A stretch of 64,000 nucleotides of DNA from Nitrososphaeria archaeon (GCA_027078545.1 JALWXN010000004.1:800001-864000); one strand, 5' to 3'; numbered from the stretch's first letter, positions 29,295-39,783 are shown. Notes: generated by a model from the letters alone, not told the origin. Made by a program: numbers and translations.

Positions 29295-30469
29295 CCGATG
29301 ACGAGCCTCTCCCCAATCAGCCTACCCTTCTCGAAACGTGTAGGTAGGAAGGCCTCCATATCCCTATGAACCTCACCCTTCAGGATATGCCTAGCCATAA
29401 GGTACCCGGTGTAGGGAGCCATCATCAAACCATGCCCACTGAAGCCCGTAGCTACATATAGCCCCTCGGGCCAGTCGGGGCTCCTACCCATTACATGGCT
29501 ATTGTCTGGTGTGACGACATAGTTCCCGCTCCACACACGCATAACGGTTGTAGAGGCTATCATCGGCATGAGCCTAGCCGCGAGATATGCATAGCGCCTA
29601 TAATGCCTCAGAGTGGTTCCATGGCTATGATCCCCCTCAACATGTGGATAGTCCAGGCTACCCATCAACTCACCCCTCAGGGTCTGGGTTATGTAGAGGC
29701 CATCAGCATCAGCCCTAGTATCGATCAGGAGGGGTTCTAGGAAGGGTCTATACGGCTCAGAGACATAGAGCTCCTTCCTCACAGCCCTTATAGGCAGCTC
29801 AATCCCTATGGGGTCTAGCAGCTCCTTGGTATACTCCCCAGCGGCTACAACCACGTGCTCCGCCTCCACCTTCCTATCCCCTAGATCCACACCGACAACC
29901 CTGCCAGACTTCACTACTATCCCGAGCACCGGCCTATAGATCTCTACCTCGCCACCCCTACGTCTAAACCCATCCATATATCCATATACCAGTATGTCGT
30001 GGTGGAGCTTCCCATCCTGTGGAGCATAGACGGCGTGACTGAAGCCCTCGAGGTTCAGGTATGGATATCTACGAGCCACCTCCTCTATACTGGGGTACTC
30101 CACGCCAACGCCTAGGCCACGCCATATCTCCCTGTCATACCTCTCGAAGGCCTCCAGGACCTTCTCATCATTGATTAGCCATAGATAACCACCCCTTACG
30201 ATGGTGGGGTTCCACCCCGTCTCACTTGGGAACTTCATAAGCATCTCAATGCTCTTAATGGCGTAGACAGTGTTCTCACGGCTCCAGAAGTGGACCCTGA
30301 AGTGCCCAGCATTCCTCGTAGAGCCTCCACGCCCCGGATAGCGGCTCTCATATACAACTATGTCGAGGTCCCTCTCCATCTTCTTAAGGTGGTAGGCTAT
30401 GGAGAAGCCTATCACGCCGCCCCCTACTATGGCTACGTCGTATCTATGCTTACGCTTCACCACCCTCAC
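29291..30469 (-). CDS. FAD-dependent oxidoreductase (DAO family), dye-linked proline dehydrogenase/sarcosine oxidase beta-like
   Basis: IVGGGVIG, GGSTRNAG, VAAG, ATGFSGHGLM. Confidence 0.9.
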   Translation of the reverse strand: MRVVKRKHRYDVAIVGGGVIGFSIAYHLKKMERDLDIVVYESRYPGRGGSTRNAGHFRVHFWSRENTVYAIKSIEMLMKFPSETGWNPTIVRGGYLWLINDEKVLEAFERYDREIWRGLGVGVEYPSIEEVARRYPYLNLEGFSHAVYAPQDGKLHHDILVYGYMDGFRRRGGEVEIYRPVLGIVVKSGRVVGVDLGDRKVEAEHVVVAAGEYTKELLDPIGIELPIRAVRKELYVSEPYRPFLEPLLIDTRADADGLYITQTLRGELMGSLDYPHVEGDHSHGTTLRHYRRYAYLAARLMPMIASTTVMRVWSGNYVVTPDNSHVMGRSPDWPEGLYVATGFSGHGLMMAPYTGYLMARHILKGEVHRDMEAFLPTRFEKGRLIGERLVIG

Positions 30470-32120
30470 CCATGAAGATGCCTAGTGGATGGGACATGTA
30501 TGGGGGTCTGATCCTATGGTGGAGATTCCTTATGACCCCTCCATGCACCTCGTGGAGATACTTCAACGTATTGCTTAGACAGATCTTCCCCTGACACCTC
30601 CCAGTAGCTAGGCCGGAGTACCTCTTGATCAGGTCTATATCCACATATCCCAGCCTCTCAATGCTATGCCTCAGATCAGCTAGGCTAACGTCTAGGCAGG
30701 GGCATACCATGACATCCTCCTCATCGCTGTAGAAGCGGCGGGTCTTAGCAGGTATCACGCTCTCCCTCCTATAGACACTACCCATCAACTTGTCGAAGAT
30801 AGGGTCGTTATCCAGCATCTTCCTAACCTCTGCTACATACTTCTTCCTATCCTCCTCCACATCCATGCCTAGATACTCGGCCGCTGATAACCCGGCTATC
30901 AACCCGCTATAGACGTCGTACTCCGTGGTGTATACCCCTCCACAGGCCCCGGCTATGAAGATCTCCTCCCTCTCCGTACGCCCCTCGATGTCGTGCCATG
31001 GTATGTATCCACCCAGGCCATAGACATATACATGCGTCATCCCCGTCTGCATCGAGACCCAGGAGTTGGCGGTCATCTCATAGGCGTAGAGGAAGAGGTC
31101 GGCCTCATAGACATGCTCCTCATCACCACGCCAGAAGCGTACACGCTCCACCTTCTCACGGCCCTCCAGGCGTAGCCGGTAGCCAACCCTATCCTTCTTC
31201 GGGTCTAGGGTGTTAAAGCTTATCACTATAGGCTCCCTACCCAACGACTCGAGGAACTCCTTAACAGGCGTGACCCACCTATCGAGGCCGAATAGGACGA
31301 TCCTCCTAGGAGGCTCCAGCCCCATCCTCTTAACCATCTTTAGGAATGAGCCCATGGGCATGGAGCCCGGCAGATCTATGTTCTCGGCTAGGGGAGGGTT
31401 CTCATAGAAGCCCGTAGCCAGTATGAGGGCCCTATACCTGATGTATACAGCCCTCTCACCACCCCAGTCATAGGCATATACACCATCCTCATGGAAGCCT
31501 TGGAAGACAGTCCTCCTAAGTATCCTGGCACCCCTAGCCTCCACAGCCTTTGCAAGCCGCTCAAGGCCTGAACCATCCATATCCTCAGGGCTGTAGAGGG
31601 GGCGCCTCCCACCGACCCAGTAGTCCATCTCGAGGATGAGGGGCTTAACACCCTTACCCACGGCTGAGAGAGCCGCGTGGAGGCCGGATATCCCGGCACC
31701 CACGATGAGTAGATCCGTCTCCAGCTCCACTGGTGGGCCAGGCCTGTATCCATCCCTAGGCGGCCCAGGCTGGCGGAGATTCTTCTTGACCCATCTCGAG
31801 GCTAGTCTCCAGCCAAGGCCGCTCCTAACAGGCCACTTATCGATACCCCCTACTCGGAAGAGGGGCTTGAAAACCGTGTTTAGGAGCCTCTCACCAGTAC
31901 CGGGCCTCTCCACCCTGGCCTCCAACCCGTCCGAAGGGGTTAGATATGGATTCACCCATCCCCTATCAGTCTCCACCCTCTCAGGTGTCCATGGCTCTAG
32001 GTAGCCGGGCCCCCTAGGCCTCAGGTATCTAAGGCTGTAGTACCATGTGTAGACCCCCTCCCCCAGGAGCTTCTTCGCGAGGGGGTTGGGGCTATCCTCA
32101 TCACTACTCATTACAGGCAT
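30450..32120 (-). CDS. proline dehydrogenase/sarcosine oxidase alpha-like subunit with C-terminal BFD-like Fe-S domain
   Basis: RPRG, IVGAGISG, ILATG, CPCLDV...GRCQGKIC. Confidence 0.85.
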   Translation of the reverse strand: MPVMSSDEDSPNPLAKKLLGEGVYTWYYSLRYLRPRGPGYLEPWTPERVETDRGWVNPYLTPSDGLEARVERPGTGERLLNTVFKPLFRVGGIDKWPVRSGLGWRLASRWVKKNLRQPGPPRDGYRPGPPVELETDLLIVGAGISGLHAALSAVGKGVKPLILEMDYWVGGRRPLYSPEDMDGSGLERLAKAVEARGARILRRTVFQGFHEDGVYAYDWGGERAVYIRYRALILATGFYENPPLAENIDLPGSMPMGSFLKMVKRMGLEPPRRIVLFGLDRWVTPVKEFLESLGREPIVISFNTLDPKKDRVGYRLRLEGREKVERVRFWRGDEEHVYEADLFLYAYEMTANSWVSMQTGMTHVYVYGLGGYIPWHDIEGRTEREEIFIAGACGGVYTTEYDVYSGLIAGLSAAEYLGMDVEEDRKKYVAEVRKMLDNDPIFDKLMGSVYRRESVIPAKTRRFYSDEEDVMVCPCLDVSLADLRHSIERLGYVDIDLIKRYSGLATGRCQGKICLSNTLKYLHEVHGGVIRNLHHRIRPPYMSHPLGIFMGEGGEA

Positions 32121-32722
32121 TATTTACCCCGATACTCTATTTGAATATCCGTCTTTACCCTCTCCACAACCATACCAACCCATGACCTAACACCATCATC
32201 CCCAATCATACCTAGGAGATCCTCCACATTCCCTAGGCTAGACCCGATGATCTCCATCACCTTAGGATCCCTAAAACCCCTCCTCCAATACTCATACCCC
32301 TGTAGAAGCGTTGCTAGCTGCTCAGACAACTTATATAGAAGCGCCTCCGGAGAGCCGTCATCCATCCCACCAGGCATGTCTATGCCCAGCTCCCTAAGCA
32401 TCCCGCTGAGAACCATAGCCTCACGCCTCCTATCCTCATCAGTCTTCTCAGGAGCTGGAACATCGCCCACCCTCGCCTCTGCCATGTCGTGTAGTAGGCA
32501 ATACTCCACAACCCGGCCCCAGTCGACACCATCCATCTCTGACCGCCTCCTAAGTACGAGGGCTATAACGGCTGCGTGGTACATATGCCCAGCTATCGAC
32601 TCACCCCTATAGATACCAGCCTCCAGCCACCCAGTCCTGACGGTATGTTTCAGGACATGGATATCCCTGGTGAGTATCTCGAAGGAGGTATCCAAGGCGT
32701 GACACCCCACATAGATACACAT
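32120..32722 (-). CDS. HD domain protein (YfbR/HDDC2-like 5'-deoxynucleotidase)
   Basis: RTGW, ESIAGH, LHDMAEARVGD; the true start may be about 9 codons downstream. Confidence 0.85.
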   Translation of the reverse strand: MCIYVGCHALDTSFEILTRDIHVLKHTVRTGWLEAGIYRGESIAGHMYHAAVIALVLRRRSEMDGVDWGRVVEYCLLHDMAEARVGDVPAPEKTDEDRRREAMVLSGMLRELGIDMPGGMDDGSPEALLYKLSEQLATLLQGYEYWRRGFRDPKVMEIIGSSLGNVEDLLGMIGDDGVRSWVGMVVERVKTDIQIEYRGK

Positions 32723-32758
32723 AGAATTGTATGTACCCCAGGATTTAGAACAGTTTAA

Positions 32759-32777
32759 ATTATAACACCGTTATTAT
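32759..32777. promoter_or_regulatory. palindromic operator ATTATAAC-N3-GTTATWAT
   Basis: 17/19 identical to the palindrome at 51986; lies right after a TTTAAA box. Confidence 0.5.
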
Positions 32778-32784
32778 CCTTGGT

Positions 32785-33135
32785 ATGAACAGGGTCGTGG
32801 CCATCTCGGGCTTGATAGTACTACTGGCCGCTGTCCAGGTCTATATAGGCCTCAACATGTTCATGTTTGGGACTGGGGGGCTCCACCTACACATCACACT
32901 GGCGGTTATACTGCTGGGCCTAGCCCATATACCCTTCCTAAGGACCACGGGGCTGGTGAAGAAGGTGTTTATGCTGATAATAGCCCTGATCACTATACAG
33001 GGAGTTATAGGGCTATACCTAGCCTTCGTTGACCAGGTTAGGCAGCTACTACTCATACACCATATCAGCGGCTGGATAATACTCCTCCTCACAATGGTCG
33101 CTGCAGCCCTAGTCCTTAGGAGCTTCAGGGCCTGA
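32785..33135 (+). CDS. small 4-TM His-containing membrane protein (possibly heme-binding, CtaA-half-like)
   Basis: two QxxIG helices, each followed by a His-bearing helix (HLH, IHH). Confidence 0.6.
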   Translation: MNRVVAISGLIVLLAAVQVYIGLNMFMFGTGGLHLHITLAVILLGLAHIPFLRTTGLVKKVFMLIIALITIQGVIGLYLAFVDQVRQLLLIHHISGWIILLLTMVAAALVLRSFRA

Positions 33136-33504
33136 CCCACCTATTTTTTCCAATATCTCCATCCTATCCGGTATCAATGGGGTTATACAGAGGAACTCCG
33201 CCTCCCCATCACCATTGTTCTCATATCTATGGGGTATCCTGCTGGGTAGATACATGACGTCTCCCTCCCCGACGAGATACTCCTCATCACCTATCCTGAG
33301 CCGGATCTCACCCCTGAGCATGTACTGGAGGTGATAGACATTTGTATGTACATGGAGTGGGATCACACCACCAGGCTCAAGTATGAAGTGCCTCAGGTTA
33401 TAGTTGAACCCCCTCTCCCTAGTGGCACCCAGGACGGCCACCCTAGTCCTATACGCCCAGTCGACTGGATAGTATCTCCTATCACCCGACCTGTAGACCG
33501 GCAT
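33109..33504 (-). CDS. cupin domain protein
   Basis: PGGVIPLHVH, GD, PHRYEN. Confidence 0.9.
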   Translation of the reverse strand: MPVYRSGDRRYYPVDWAYRTRVAVLGATRERGFNYNLRHFILEPGGVIPLHVHTNVYHLQYMLRGEIRLRIGDEEYLVGEGDVMYLPSRIPHRYENNGDGEAEFLCITPLIPDRMEILEKIGGSGPEAPKD

Positions 33505-33535
33505 GGATAAGGATTAGGCCCTCGGGGATAGTTAA

Positions 33536-33940
33536 CTATTCAGCCCCGTGCTCCTCCCTCTTAAGCGTCTTGCTAAGAACCACGGTCCTCAGGAGGGTGA
33601 CCGCCGCGCTGATAACTAGGAGGCCCACGCCTATGGAGGCTACACCAGCGACGACCGAGTATTTACCCGGTGTCAGTAGGTCTATGCCGAGGAGTAGGAA
33701 ATACATGCCAGTAGCCACGAGTAGGGCGGCCATAACCTCCGCTATGATGTTGTCAAGATCCATCCCCCGCTCCACCCACCTAATATAGAGATATACCCCT
33801 ATATAGGTGAAGAATATGCCTAGTAGGGAGGAGAGTGTGAAGAAGGTTGGGGAATAGGTGACATATCCAATTGAGTGGAATAGTATTAGGAAGCCGAACA
33901 TGAGTATCCCCATAAGAAGGTGGCTCCTAAGGCTCGGCAT
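33536..33940 (-). CDS. membrane protein (4 TM), end of MoxR operon
   Basis: hydrophobic helices; 1 nt gap to the upstream gene. Confidence 0.65.
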   Translation of the reverse strand: MPSLRSHLLMGILMFGFLILFHSIGYVTYSPTFFTLSSLLGIFFTYIGVYLYIRWVERGMDLDNIIAEVMAALLVATGMYFLLLGIDLLTPGKYSVVAGVASIGVGLLVISAAVTLLRTVVLSKTLKREEHGAE

Positions 33941-33941
33941 C

Positions 33942-35015
33942 TCAGAACACCAGTCTGACGAGGAGGCGGAGTAGGCCTCTATACAGCTCGATCAGCTTCT
34001 CAAGCTCCGCCTGGTCGAACGTCTGGTTGATCACAGGGTCTAGTGGGGTCTGGTAAGGGTAGTGCGTCATGCTGGTGAGGTCGTTGAAGTACTGCTGGGC
34101 CAAGAGTGAGAAGTAGGTTATGGGGTCTCTGAATAGGTATGCTATATCTCCGAAGTATAGTATATGTATAGCGATCACCACGGCGAGGGAGAATAGGTAG
34201 GGGATGCCCTTCAGGACATTATATATCAGACGTATCCTCACGATCTTCAGGGCCCACCTCCTCTCCTTCTCATAATCCCTCATCAGGAGATCCCTCGCCT
34301 GCCCCCGAAGCCCAGCGGTATAGACGACGAGAGGCTCCACAAGGTTATAGAGGATGTATGTCACTATGGATAGGTAGGCAAGGAGAATAACCAAGTATCC
34401 AAAGTTACTCGTCACAATCTCTGTCACTAGCCCCCTAATCCTCTCGGGCACGGCCCCGGATATCTCTACAGCCGATTCGTAGAAGCGGATACCCATCTCC
34501 CTAAAGATTAGGGCTGCGCCGACAGTGAGTATCAACGCGACGGCTATGTCTATGCCTATGTAGCTGGGCCTATCAATTGTGAGGCCTACCCTCCCACCCA
34601 GCAGCCCGGGTAGTCCACTCGCCAGGTTGTGGAGAACGATCACGGCGAAGCCTAGCAGTATGATTGTGACCCCCGGCCCAACCAGTGTAGCCATTACCTC
34701 GACATCCCTATACTCGGAGACCGCCCTATACACCACGGGGTAATGGGTTATCACCCCGACCATGAAGGTCAGGAGTAGTGAGAAGACTGGTATCCAGTCC
34801 CCCCTATACCTGGCCCAGGCCAGTGAGGAGGATATACCAGTGCCTAGAGACATTACTAGGTAGATGTTCTTAACCTCCTCAACCCCCTGGGATACACCTA
34901 GATAGCGATCCAGCCATGCTGAGAAGGAGTCGTAGAGCATTATGTGGAGATATAGGATTACTATCCCAGCCGCAGCCGTCAAGACCACTGGGAATACATT
35001 CCTAACACTCTTCAT
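33942..35015 (-). CDS. multi-pass membrane protein
   Basis: about 7 hydrophobic segments; ATGA overlap with the DUF58 gene. Confidence 0.65.
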   Translation of the reverse strand: MKSVRNVFPVVLTAAAGIVILYLHIMLYDSFSAWLDRYLGVSQGVEEVKNIYLVMSLGTGISSSLAWARYRGDWIPVFSLLLTFMVGVITHYPVVYRAVSEYRDVEVMATLVGPGVTIILLGFAVIVLHNLASGLPGLLGGRVGLTIDRPSYIGIDIAVALILTVGAALIFREMGIRFYESAVEISGAVPERIRGLVTEIVTSNFGYLVILLAYLSIVTYILYNLVEPLVVYTAGLRGQARDLLMRDYEKERRWALKIVRIRLIYNVLKGIPYLFSLAVVIAIHILYFGDIAYLFRDPITYFSLLAQQYFNDLTSMTHYPYQTPLDPVINQTFDQAELEKLIELYRGLLRLLVRLVF

Positions 35016-36355
35016 GTAGGGGTCAGCCTCCTAAACTCCTCGAACCGGGCCATTATATAGTCAAACATCGTGTCTGGCCCAACCTCCACCACGGGGACAC
35101 CCATCGCCCCCAACCTGTCCTCGGCCTCCCTACGCCTCTCCTCGGTCTCGACCTGTGAGGCCAGGTATAAGACCCTGTCGACGCCCTCCAGCTCCCTGAT
35201 GTCGAAGTGTACGGCTGCCGGGCTTATCACATATACCACGTGGCCCATCCTCCTTAGGAGGCTGATCATCTCTACATCGCCCTCCATCGTCAGGTCTGTT
35301 ATGTAGATGTATAGCGTCTTACCCATCACCCCCATCCCCTGGATAAGCATCGAGGGTGTAGGTAAGAGATACTCATCCCTCCCTAGGAAGATGGGTACCC
35401 GGGCCAGCGTATCCGTGAACCTCTTTAGACTAGCCTCGGTTACACGTGTCAGTGGGACGGCGAGCCGGGCCACACCTGTGATTACTAGGCCCACCCTGTT
35501 ATAGCTATGTATCTGGCTAGCCACTATCTCAGCAGCCACCCTGGCTACGTAGTCATACCTCCTCTCACCAAGCCTACCAGCCAGCATCTGCCTAGTGGCT
35601 GAGATCACGATGACTATGTCCGACTCACTCTCCCTGTAATACTCCCTTAGCATGAGCTCCGCCCTCCGGGCAGTGGCCTTCCAGTCTATGAAGCGTGTAT
35701 CGTCACCAGGGACATACTCCCTAATCTCCTTGAACTCCATGCTGTAGCCATGCTCTATACTCGTCTTCACCCCAATCATGTACCTACTGCTAGCCTCGTA
35801 GGAATCTCCAGTGGCGACAGCGGGTACGGGTACACATCTTATGGCTGACACCTCGACCGCGGCGTCCCTCCTCTCAATGGTGTATATGCTCAGAACATCC
35901 CTGGTTCTGAGATATACGGGGCCGAAGACATGTGTACCGACACCCCTAACCCTGATCCTATATGTCAGGACAGCCTCGCTCCTAGGGGGTAGGTAGAATA
36001 CAGCCTTGTTACTCCCCCCTACAAGCCTCGTCGATGATGGGTAGTGATCCACGACGCTGATAGGGTAGTGCCCAACCCAGCCCCTATTCCTGATCCTGAG
36101 CCTCACAACCGCCTCCTCCCCATCCCTGACCACTCTGGGACACTCCCTAACTATCTCGAGCCTCTCCAGGGAGGCGGCTCTAAGCCTTGAGTATAGCCAT
36201 CCACCTACGAGCAATAAGTATATCACTATCGGCATTAGGATCAGGGATGGAACCGCCTCGAGCCAGAGCATCGGGATGGCTATGGAGAAGAGCGTAGCCG
36301 CTACAACTATCAAGACCTTGCCCAGGCTATTGATGCCTAGGGATACCCTACTCAT
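35012..36355 (-). CDS. DUF58 domain protein (vWA-like MoxR partner)
   Basis: EFKEIREYVPGDDTRFIDWKATAR, LMLREY. Confidence 0.92.
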   Translation of the reverse strand: MSRVSLGINSLGKVLIVVAATLFSIAIPMLWLEAVPSLILMPIVIYLLLVGGWLYSRLRAASLERLEIVRECPRVVRDGEEAVVRLRIRNRGWVGHYPISVVDHYPSSTRLVGGSNKAVFYLPPRSEAVLTYRIRVRGVGTHVFGPVYLRTRDVLSIYTIERRDAAVEVSAIRCVPVPAVATGDSYEASSRYMIGVKTSIEHGYSMEFKEIREYVPGDDTRFIDWKATARRAELMLREYYRESESDIVIVISATRQMLAGRLGERRYDYVARVAAEIVASQIHSYNRVGLVITGVARLAVPLTRVTEASLKRFTDTLARVPIFLGRDEYLLPTPSMLIQGMGVMGKTLYIYITDLTMEGDVEMISLLRRMGHVVYVISPAAVHFDIRELEGVDRVLYLASQVETEERRREAEDRLGAMGVPVVEVGPDTMFDYIMARFEEFRRLTPT

Positions 36356-37302
36356 ATCGGTACCCTTACGGCCCTGATAGCCTCGTCGATCACGTCCTCC
36401 GCCCTATGCCCCTTGAAGCTCGCCTCAGGAGTAAGGATTATCCTATGGGTGAAGACAGGCTTTATAAGCCTCTTGATATCCTCAGGGGCTACGTAGTCCC
36501 TCCCATTCATCATGGCATATGCCTTCGCCCCACGTATCAGGTGTAGGGCAGCCCTCGGACTTATACCCCACCTAACCCTACTATCCCCATGTATCTTCTC
36601 AATTATCTCGCCGATGTAGCGGTAGAGATCCTCACTAACAGTGACGTGGTCGATCATCCTCTGCATATCCTCGACCTCGGCCCTGGATACTATGGTCCTA
36701 GGCTCCTCCCTGGAGTATCCTCCATAGAGCTTCATAACCTCGATATACGTCTCTATAGGGGGGTAGCTCGCCACATTCTTAATCATGAACCTGTCTAGCT
36801 GGGCTGAGGGCAGTGGATAGGTCCCCTCCACCTCTATCGGGTTCTGGGTGGCTATGGTCATGAAGGGCCTAGGGAGCCTATACACCTCACCCTCAATAGT
36901 CACCTGGAGCTCCTGCATAGACTCTAGGAGGGCGCTCTGAGTCTTGGGCCCAGCCCTGTTGATCTCGTCGGCCAGCACTATATTTGCGAAGATAGGGCCC
37001 AGCCGGACCTCGAACTCACCAGTCTTCTGGTTATAGATCTTCACACCAGTTATATCGGTCGGGAGCAGGTCAGGCGTGAACTGGATCCTCTTGAAGCTGA
37101 GGTCTAGGAGCCCCGCGAAGGTCTTTGCAAGGGTCGTCTTAGCTATCCCCGGAGCCCCCTCAAGCAGTATATGCCCCTGCGAGACCAGGGCAATGAAGAG
37201 CTCCTCCTTGGTATCCTCCATCCCTATGATGAACCTGTCGAGCTCTGCACGTAGTCTACGCCAAGTATCCTGGACCAGTGTTATATCCGGCAATATATCC
37301 AC
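36352..37302 (-). CDS. moxR: MoxR family AAA+ ATPase
   Basis: EGAPGIAKT, RIQFTPDLLP, LADEINR, ATQNPIE, AQLDRF. Confidence 0.95.
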   Translation of the reverse strand: MDILPDITLVQDTWRRLRAELDRFIIGMEDTKEELFIALVSQGHILLEGAPGIAKTTLAKTFAGLLDLSFKRIQFTPDLLPTDITGVKIYNQKTGEFEVRLGPIFANIVLADEINRAGPKTQSALLESMQELQVTIEGEVYRLPRPFMTIATQNPIEVEGTYPLPSAQLDRFMIKNVASYPPIETYIEVMKLYGGYSREEPRTIVSRAEVEDMQRMIDHVTVSEDLYRYIGEIIEKIHGDSRVRWGISPRAALHLIRGAKAYAMMNGRDYVAPEDIKRLIKPVFTHRIILTPEASFKGHRAEDVIDEAIRAVRVPI

Positions 37303-37354
37303 CCCGAGAGGTTAGACTAGGAATATATATCCGTGAAAATCCATAAATCGGTTC

Positions 37355-38785
37355 CTAGGCCGGTAGGAGCCTAGCAAGCTCCTCAAGTATTCGTCTAAGC
37401 TCCCTCCTCGCAAACCTCGTCGGATAGGGTGGGAAACGCCTCTCCATCCTCCTCCTAAGCCTAGCCACCCTCTCAAGGATCCTATCCACCCCGGGGGTGT
37501 CGCGGCCGAGGCCCTCCACAAGCATCTTCTCCAGGCTAACCACGTATCTATAGATATCACCCCTACCAGCGGATTCCAGGACTGTTATATAGTCCTTCTC
37601 TATCGCCACCTCGATCTCAGCCACATCACCAGGGGATATACCCGCCTCGTCCGGAACCCTGAGCCTCCGCCTAAGCTGATACGCTAGTGATACACTAGCT
37701 ATTAGGATCACCAAGATAGACCACTCCGACAATCCCCTGAAGAAGCGTGAGTAGCCCGTCTCAAACTCCCTGAAATACCTAGTCAGGGTCTCCACAACTA
37801 GGGTGCCTATATGGGGGAGCTCCACCCGAACATTCAGGGTCGCCATCTTAGATACATCGAAGACAATCTTTCCACCCTCCCTACCGGCCAGGAGGAACTC
37901 GAGGAGCCTAACCACAGGCCTCTGATACCTTTCAGACGAGAAGTAGTGGTTGATGAAGGGGGCGGTATCAGAGAGGGTTGCGAAGCGGCCGCCACCAAAA
38001 TATCCATAGGCGACCGTTCCAAACGTGGGTATATAGACCTTACCATCAGATACGGTGCTCTCACCGACGCTAAGAGCATTTAGAACCGCGGCGGACCTAT
38101 CATCAAGAGCTAGTGGGAACCCCGTAACATTTATCCATAGCTCAGTTGTCGAGTTGGGTGGCTCGATATATGGGGAGTTATACCTCCTTATCGACATCTT
38201 CACCCCTATACTCTCAACTATAGTGACCCCGTCCCCAAGATCAACCATGAGGGGGCGTGATAGATAGTCCTGACCCACAACAGCCTCTGTAGGTATGATT
38301 AGCACGATATTATTGCTAACGTCGAGCGGCAGTCTCCCCCCACATATGTTGCAGTAGGCCTCTCTAAAATCGACCTCGGCCAACTCCTTGGCGAGTGTAA
38401 AGGTGCTTATGTCTATGGGGGGCATCGTGATATAGATCGGCTCAACCAACAATCCCTTGTCAAACTCGTTTGCATAGAGGAGTGAGCCGCCACTCCTTAC
38501 ATACTCCAGTATCCTCCTCATCTCCTCAGGCGTATAGTCATCATCGGGGCCCAGAGCAATGTATAGGACGGTATCCCCGTCGAGATCCTCCGGCCCACCT
38601 ATAACTACTTGGTAGCCCCTCTCCCTGAGATACTCCGCCAGCATACTCGTGCCATACTTATCGGTGTTCCCAGGGTGGAGAGTCCCCTGTATCAGGGGTG
38701 CGGAGATTATCTTACGGGGTGCATATACCATCCCAAGAAATAGTAGGAGTATTAGGAAGATAATCACTGTGGAGCGTCTAATCAC
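37355..38785 (-). CDS. DUF4350 domain membrane protein
   Basis: N-terminal TM, GTSMLAEYL, YVRSGGSLL, GGGRFATLSD..PFIN; MoxR operon context. Confidence 0.75.
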   Translation of the reverse strand: MIRRSTVIIFLILLLFLGMVYAPRKIISAPLIQGTLHPGNTDKYGTSMLAEYLRERGYQVVIGGPEDLDGDTVLYIALGPDDDYTPEEMRRILEYVRSGGSLLYANEFDKGLLVEPIYITMPPIDISTFTLAKELAEVDFREAYCNICGGRLPLDVSNNIVLIIPTEAVVGQDYLSRPLMVDLGDGVTIVESIGVKMSIRRYNSPYIEPPNSTTELWINVTGFPLALDDRSAAVLNALSVGESTVSDGKVYIPTFGTVAYGYFGGGRFATLSDTAPFINHYFSSERYQRPVVRLLEFLLAGREGGKIVFDVSKMATLNVRVELPHIGTLVVETLTRYFREFETGYSRFFRGLSEWSILVILIASVSLAYQLRRRLRVPDEAGISPGDVAEIEVAIEKDYITVLESAGRGDIYRYVVSLEKMLVEGLGRDTPGVDRILERVARLRRRMERRFPPYPTRFARRELRRILEELARLLPA

Positions 38786-39783
38786 AGCTCCTCAAGCCTC
38801 CTCCATATACGGCTCAGCCTATCCTCGCCCAGCCTCTTCCCACCATATCTATAGTCCTCGAAGCTCCTACTAACCTCGCTACCTACATCCCTGAGCCTCG
38901 GGTCACGGATCCCTACCACATGTTCAACTGGACCCATGTAGTCTGGCTTTGGATAGCCCCTCTTGCCAGCCCTGTCGAGGAAGTAGTAGTAGAAGTCTAG
39001 GGAGCCATAGATCCTCCGTCTAGGTAACGGTACACGCCTAACCCCTCTACGGAGCTTGGAGACGATCCTATCCAGCTCGTCCCCATACCTATAGAGTAGG
39101 AATGCCAGGAGGGTCGCCCCACCAACTATGAATACATAGGGGAGGAGGCCTAGGAAGCCCATCGATACACCCGGCGTGACGCCTGGCAAGACGCTTGGGA
39201 GCTGAGTAGAACCCTCAGGCTGCCTCGGGACTGGTGGCGAGACACTCTCAGGCGGGTTCACAATATCCGAGATACTAACCTCCTCAGAGGGGAGATCCGT
39301 CAATAGGTCAAGCCTATCCACAACCTCCGTGGCCGTGGCCACGACCTCCTCTGGATCAACATTGTCCGACTCGTAGGAGGCGTCTATCACCTCGGATAGG
39401 ATCCTACTTATCCTGGCTATGTCACTATTGATACCCTCTGCATCCATCTCAAGCACATTGGTCACGAGGCTATCCCTAGCGATTCTGAGCTGTGCGGCGA
39501 GGCCGGGGTCGATCTTCTCAGCGATCTCTATGGCGTTGTCCAGCTCCGCCAGTGTCTCGAGGAGGTACTGGTCTATGAGGTGGGGAGGAATCGTTGTGAG
39601 CGTTGCATTAGCGGATGTCTCGTTCCAGGCCTCGGGAGCCACGTTCCTGACATTCCCAAATACAGGTGTTATTGATGCTAGGATTACCGGGACTAGACAA
39701 ATTACTAGTGCCTCCCTCCCCACCACTACCTCCCACTTATCATAGGTGTCCCCTGGGCTACATATTTCTCCGGAGCTCCTCAA
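38782..39783 (-). CDS. DUF4129 domain membrane protein
   Basis: C-terminal GYPKP...GPVEH...FEDYRYGG, central TM, MoxR context; true start probably near VVGRE. Confidence 0.7.
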   Translation of the reverse strand: MRSSGEICSPGDTYDKWEVVVGREALVICLVPVILASITPVFGNVRNVAPEAWNETSANATLTTIPPHLIDQYLLETLAELDNAIEIAEKIDPGLAAQLRIARDSLVTNVLEMDAEGINSDIARISRILSEVIDASYESDNVDPEEVVATATEVVDRLDLLTDLPSEEVSISDIVNPPESVSPPVPRQPEGSTQLPSVLPGVTPGVSMGFLGLLPYVFIVGGATLLAFLLYRYGDELDRIVSKLRRGVRRVPLPRRRIYGSLDFYYYFLDRAGKRGYPKPDYMGPVEHVVGIRDPRLRDVGSEVSRSFEDYRYGGKRLGEDRLSRIWRRLEEL

